Origin: Longimicrobiales bacterium
GTDB taxonomy: Bacteria > Gemmatimonadota > Gemmatimonadetes > Longimicrobiales > Gaopeijiaceae
Direction: 5' to 3'
Length of the DNA stretch: 64,000 bases
NCBI GenBank assembly: GCA_965238005.1
Contig: OZ250165.1
Coordinates: forward strand, 1,216,001 to 1,280,000
The position numbers were made by a program, and so were the translations under genes. Positions 60,454 to 64,000 of this stretch are shown here, piece after piece. Every line of letters begins with the position of its first letter. Position 1 is the first letter of the stretch. The notes under the pieces are model-generated. The model was not told the DNA's origin, ran no database searches, and saw only the letters and a program-made list of their open reading frames with translations.

Positions 60454-61686
60454 GTGACCGCCCGGAGCCAGAAAGGAAGGCCCACCACGTCCGAGACTCG
60501 CGCCCTACCCAGGAACGTCTGGGTGCTCTCGCTGACGAGCTTTCTCAGGGACATCGCCAGCGAGATGCTCGTCCATCTCTTGCCGCTCTTTCTGGCCAAC
60601 GTCCTGAGCGTGCGGATCGCCGTCATCGGCCTCATCGAGGGGGTGGCGGAGACGACAGCCAGCCTCATGAAAATCTACTCGGGCTGGCTGTCCGATAAGC
60701 TGGGCCGCCGGAAGGGGCTGACCGTGGGAGGGTACGGCGTGGCGGCGCTGGCCATGCCGTTGCTGCTCATCGCCCGGACCTGGCCGGTGGTCCTTCTGTA
60801 CCGGTTCTTGGACCGCATGGGGAAGGGCATCCGAACGGCTCCCCGCGATGCCCTCATCGCCGACTCGGTAGAGACGCACCAACGAGGGGCGGGCTTCGGC
60901 TTGCACCGGGCGGCGGACAGTGCGGGAGCCTTCCTGGGACTGCTCCTGGCCATCGCCTTCGTCTGGCGGATCCAGGGGGGGAGCGTCTCCTTGGACCAGG
61001 AGACCTTCCGGGCCATCGTGATGTGGGCCATGGTCCCCGCAGGCCTCGCCGCCCTGGTCGTGGCGGTGGGTGTGAAAGAGGTCGTGACGGATCGGCCCGC
61101 GACACTCCCCAGCATCAGCTTTCGGGGGGTCGACCCCCGTTTCAAGCGATTCCTGGTGGTGATGACGCTCTTCACCCTGGGCAACAGCACCGACGCGTTC
61201 CTCATCCTTCGAGCCCAGAGCGGCGGCGCATCGGTTCTCGCGATCCTCGCCCTGCTGGCCGGCTTCAACCTCGTCTACACGGTGCTCGCAGGTCCCGTGG
61301 GCGCCCTCTCCGACCGGATGGACCGGCGCAAGGTCATCATCGGGGGATGGTTGCTGTACGGTGGCGTGTACCTGGGCTTCGCCATGGCGGACCGGACGTG
61401 GCACTTCGGCGTGCTCTACGCCCTTTACGGGGCGTACTACGCCCTGACGGAGGGAGTGGCGAAAGCCTACGTGGCGGATCTGGTGCCGGAGCCCGAGCGC
61501 AGGGGCTCGGCCTACGGAGCCTACAACGGCGTCATCGGTCTCGCGGCCCTGCCGGCCAGCGTGATCGCGGGCGCTCTCTGGCAGGGGGTGGGGGAGTGGT
61601 CCGGCCTTGGCCCTGCCGCCCCCTTCCTCTTCGGTAGTGGCCTCTCCCTTGTGGCGGCAATGCTGCTCTGGCGCTGGGTCGACTGA
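60454..61686 (+). CDS. MFS transporter
   Basis: GWLSDKLGRRK, DRMGKGIRTAPRDALIADS, FTLGNSTDAF. Confidence 0.93.
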   Translation: MTARSQKGRPTTSETRALPRNVWVLSLTSFLRDIASEMLVHLLPLFLANVLSVRIAVIGLIEGVAETTASLMKIYSGWLSDKLGRRKGLTVGGYGVAALAMPLLLIARTWPVVLLYRFLDRMGKGIRTAPRDALIADSVETHQRGAGFGLHRAADSAGAFLGLLLAIAFVWRIQGGSVSLDQETFRAIVMWAMVPAGLAALVVAVGVKEVVTDRPATLPSISFRGVDPRFKRFLVVMTLFTLGNSTDAFLILRAQSGGASVLAILALLAGFNLVYTVLAGPVGALSDRMDRRKVIIGGWLLYGGVYLGFAMADRTWHFGVLYALYGAYYALTEGVAKAYVADLVPEPERRGSAYGAYNGVIGLAALPASVIAGALWQGVGEWSGLGPAAPFLFGSGLSLVAAMLLWRWVD

Positions 61687-61721
61687 CGCCGGGTCGACCG
61701 AGGCAGCGCCTGCGGCGACGC

Positions 61722-63998
61722 TCAGTCCAGGTCGCTGATCACCGGTGGCATGTTCCGGTCTCGGAGCATGCGGTTGAACCCCGCCACGTCCGTCCGAAGT
61801 AGCTCGTCGACCTCGGCGCGGTATCGCATGACCCTCTCGTTCAGGATGACCTGCACGTCGCGCGCCTGATCCGTAGGTGCAAAGTCCCCGGTGGCCACGG
61901 CTCCGGCCAGGTAGCGGATCTCCTCAACGAGCTTGGGAGCCCAGCGGACTCCGTCCTGTCCGGTGCCCGTGGTCAGCAGCCGGATCAGGTTGCCTTCGGC
62001 GGCGATGAGCTTCTCGTCCAGCTCGGCGGCGGCCTCGAGGATCTCGGGCGCGTCCCCCCGGTCCTCCAGCACACGGTTCAGGTCGTAGAGCTGGCGACGA
62101 ACCCACTCGAGCCGGTTCACCATGCCAACGACGACTTCGTAGTCGTCCCTGAGCTCCGAGAACAGGGCCACCTGTGCTCGGATGTTCGCCTCCGTGCCCT
62201 CGGAGTTGGGATCCTTGAGGACCCTGAGCTCCTGCGACTGGCTCTGGCCGTCCACGTCCAGCGTGACCGTGTACGTGCCGGGGGGGACCAGCATGGAGAG
62301 GTCTTGGCCGCCCGACCGCCATCCCTCGTCACCGAGGTCCACCCAGTCGGCGTACAGAGGCTTGGTGCGTAGCTTGATCTGAGTGGAGGGTTCGTCTTGG
62401 AGATCCCACCATACCTGATTGATCCCGGGACTGCCCGGCCCCGCCAGCGTCCGGATGTGTCGTCCCGACCGATCAGTGATCCTCAACGTCACGCTATCCT
62501 CGAGGGCATCGGCCAGCCAGTAGTTGATCGACGCACCGTCGGGCGGGTTCTCTCCCGCCGTCAGATCGTTGGGCAGGGCGCGCGCTCTGGTCAACGGCTG
62601 GAACCGGTACGCGTCCCGAGGCTCGAACAGATGGGCCGAAGACGCCACAACGTCGGACGTCAGCTGCTGCAGCGGGGTGATGTCGTCCAGGATCCAGAAG
62701 CCACGCCCGTACGTCCCCACCACCAGATCGTTGAAGCGCTCTTGTACGACGAGCCAGTACATGGGGCTCGCAGGAAGGTTGTTCTGTAGCGGCTGCCACC
62801 TGTCCCCGTCGTCGAAGGAAACGTACAGGGCGTTCTCGGTGCCCAGGTACAGGAGTCCGGGGCGCACCGGATCCTCGTGGATGCTCCTCGCGTAGCTCAG
62901 GGGACTGTCGGCGATCCCGTCCACGATCTTCGCCCAGCTCTCCCCGTAGTCCTCCGTCTTGTAGACGTGAGGCTCGAAGTTCCCTTGTTGATGATGCTCG
63001 ATGGCGATGTATGCCTTGCCGGCGTCGTATCTCGAAGCATCGATGTTCCGCACTACTCCATCGGGAGGAAGGTCCGGGAGGTTTTGCGTGACGTTCGTCC
63101 AGTTTGCGCCATCGTCCCTGCTCACGTGAACGAGGCCGTCGTTCGATCCCGTCCAGAGTACGCCGGGCTGGACGGAGGACTCGTCGAAGGCGTAGATCAC
63201 ACAGCAGAACTCCACCCCGATGTTGTCTGGCGTGAGCCCGCCCGAGATCCCCTGCTTGGACAGGTCGTTGGTCGTGAGGTCGGGGCTGATCACATCCCAA
63301 CTCTGTCCGCCGTCCGTCGTTCGGTGCACGTGCTGGCTGGTGACATAGATGGTGTTCCGGTCGTGAGGCGAGATGTGCAGCGGGAAGGTCCACTGGAACC
63401 GGTAGCGGACCCCGCTCGCGGGCTGTCCGCTGGCCAGCTCCGGCCACACCTCCACGTTTCGGAACTGTCGGGTTCGGGCATTCCAGCGCACCACGATGCC
63501 GCCCCGGGCGCCCGAGCCCGAAGCGCTCGACCACACGATGTTCGGATCCTCCGGATCGGGCGTGGCGAACCCGCTCTCCCCACCGCCGACAGTGGTCCAC
63601 TCCGAGCGCTGGATGGTCCCGCCCCCCGGGCTGTTGCTCGGGCCGCGGAACGAGGGGCCGTCCTGCCTATTCCCCATCACGTTGTACGGGATCGCGTCGT
63701 CCACGGTCACGTGGTACATCTGGCCCACGGGGAGTTCGACCCGGTGCCACGTGTCCCCACGGTTCACCGAGACGGCCAGGCCACCGTCGTTGCCGACGAT
63801 CGTGCGGTCCCCGTCGTGGGGATCGATCCACATGTCGTGGTAGTCACCGCCCGGCCGGCGTCGATCCCGCTCGTTGACGTAGGTGTGCCCTCCGTCGAGC
63901 GTGCGGGCGAGCTGCGAGGTCAGGAAGTAGACCTCGTCCGGATCCTCGGAATTGACGAAGCAGTTGTTGTAGTAGGCTGTGCGCCCCCCGAGGTCGCG
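61722..63998 (-). CDS. VPS10/sortilin-like BNR-repeat protein, 3' part (5' end outside window)
   Basis: Open to the window edge; GGDYHDMWIDP, GNDGG, GGGESG, YRFQWTFP, repeated T/SxDGGxxW, TYGRGFWILDD. Confidence 0.9.
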   Translation of the reverse strand, partial: RDLGGRTAYYNNCFVNSEDPDEVYFLTSQLARTLDGGHTYVNERDRRRPGGDYHDMWIDPHDGDRTIVGNDGGLAVSVNRGDTWHRVELPVGQMYHVTVDDAIPYNVMGNRQDGPSFRGPSNSPGGGTIQRSEWTTVGGGESGFATPDPEDPNIVWSSASGSGARGGIVVRWNARTRQFRNVEVWPELASGQPASGVRYRFQWTFPLHISPHDRNTIYVTSQHVHRTTDGGQSWDVISPDLTTNDLSKQGISGGLTPDNIGVEFCCVIYAFDESSVQPGVLWTGSNDGLVHVSRDDGANWTNVTQNLPDLPPDGVVRNIDASRYDAGKAYIAIEHHQQGNFEPHVYKTEDYGESWAKIVDGIADSPLSYARSIHEDPVRPGLLYLGTENALYVSFDDGDRWQPLQNNLPASPMYWLVVQERFNDLVVGTYGRGFWILDDITPLQQLTSDVVASSAHLFEPRDAYRFQPLTRARALPNDLTAGENPPDGASINYWLADALEDSVTLRITDRSGRHIRTLAGPGSPGINQVWWDLQDEPSTQIKLRTKPLYADWVDLGDEGWRSGGQDLSMLVPPGTYTVTLDVDGQSQSQELRVLKDPNSEGTEANIRAQVALFSELRDDYEVVVGMVNRLEWVRRQLYDLNRVLEDRGDAPEILEAAAELDEKLIAAEGNLIRLLTTGTGQDGVRWAPKLVEEIRYLAGAVATGDFAPTDQARDVQVILNERVMRYRAEVDELLRTDVAGFNRMLRDRNMPPVISDLD

Positions 63999-64000
63999 GC

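Overview
High-GC bacterial DNA. The gene content (Tat-exported enzymes, ADOP-type permease, VPS10/BNR propellers, many secreted peptidases, GldFG-type ABC, GWxTD-like protein) suggests a Gemmatimonadota-like heterotroph; the taxon is inferred, not shown. Positions 1-31 kb are mostly core-like (tyrS, purE, greA, PPIase, ABC system, STAND-LuxR regulator) with several deletion-fused gene remnants and a 186-bp CTAG-flanked MITE. Positions 31-64 kb look like stacked, decaying islands at a tRNA-Ala(UGC) locus. Two identical 5' halves of the tRNA (31174, 47943), each with a homologous promoter-like block, lie in direct orientation and break at the anticodon loop; no 3' half or integrase was seen. The island cargo includes two inverted IS3 copies, an IS1182 (two interrupted genes can be rebuilt in frame), an AbiE-type TA pair with a truncated toxin, peptide-scavenging enzymes and many fragments. 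Best novelty candidates: (1) a self-contained ~290-nt minus-strand unit at 6.7-7.0 kb with a sigma70-like promoter, a 13-nt perfect complement of the 16S 3' end, a 20-codon ORF and an intrinsic terminator; (2) apparent tandem integration that displaces the 5' half of tRNA-Ala; (3) an inverted, diverged double copy of an MFS/POT gene pair with reciprocal truncation. No CRISPR array or rRNA gene was seen. All family calls come from recognising motifs by eye, without database searches.
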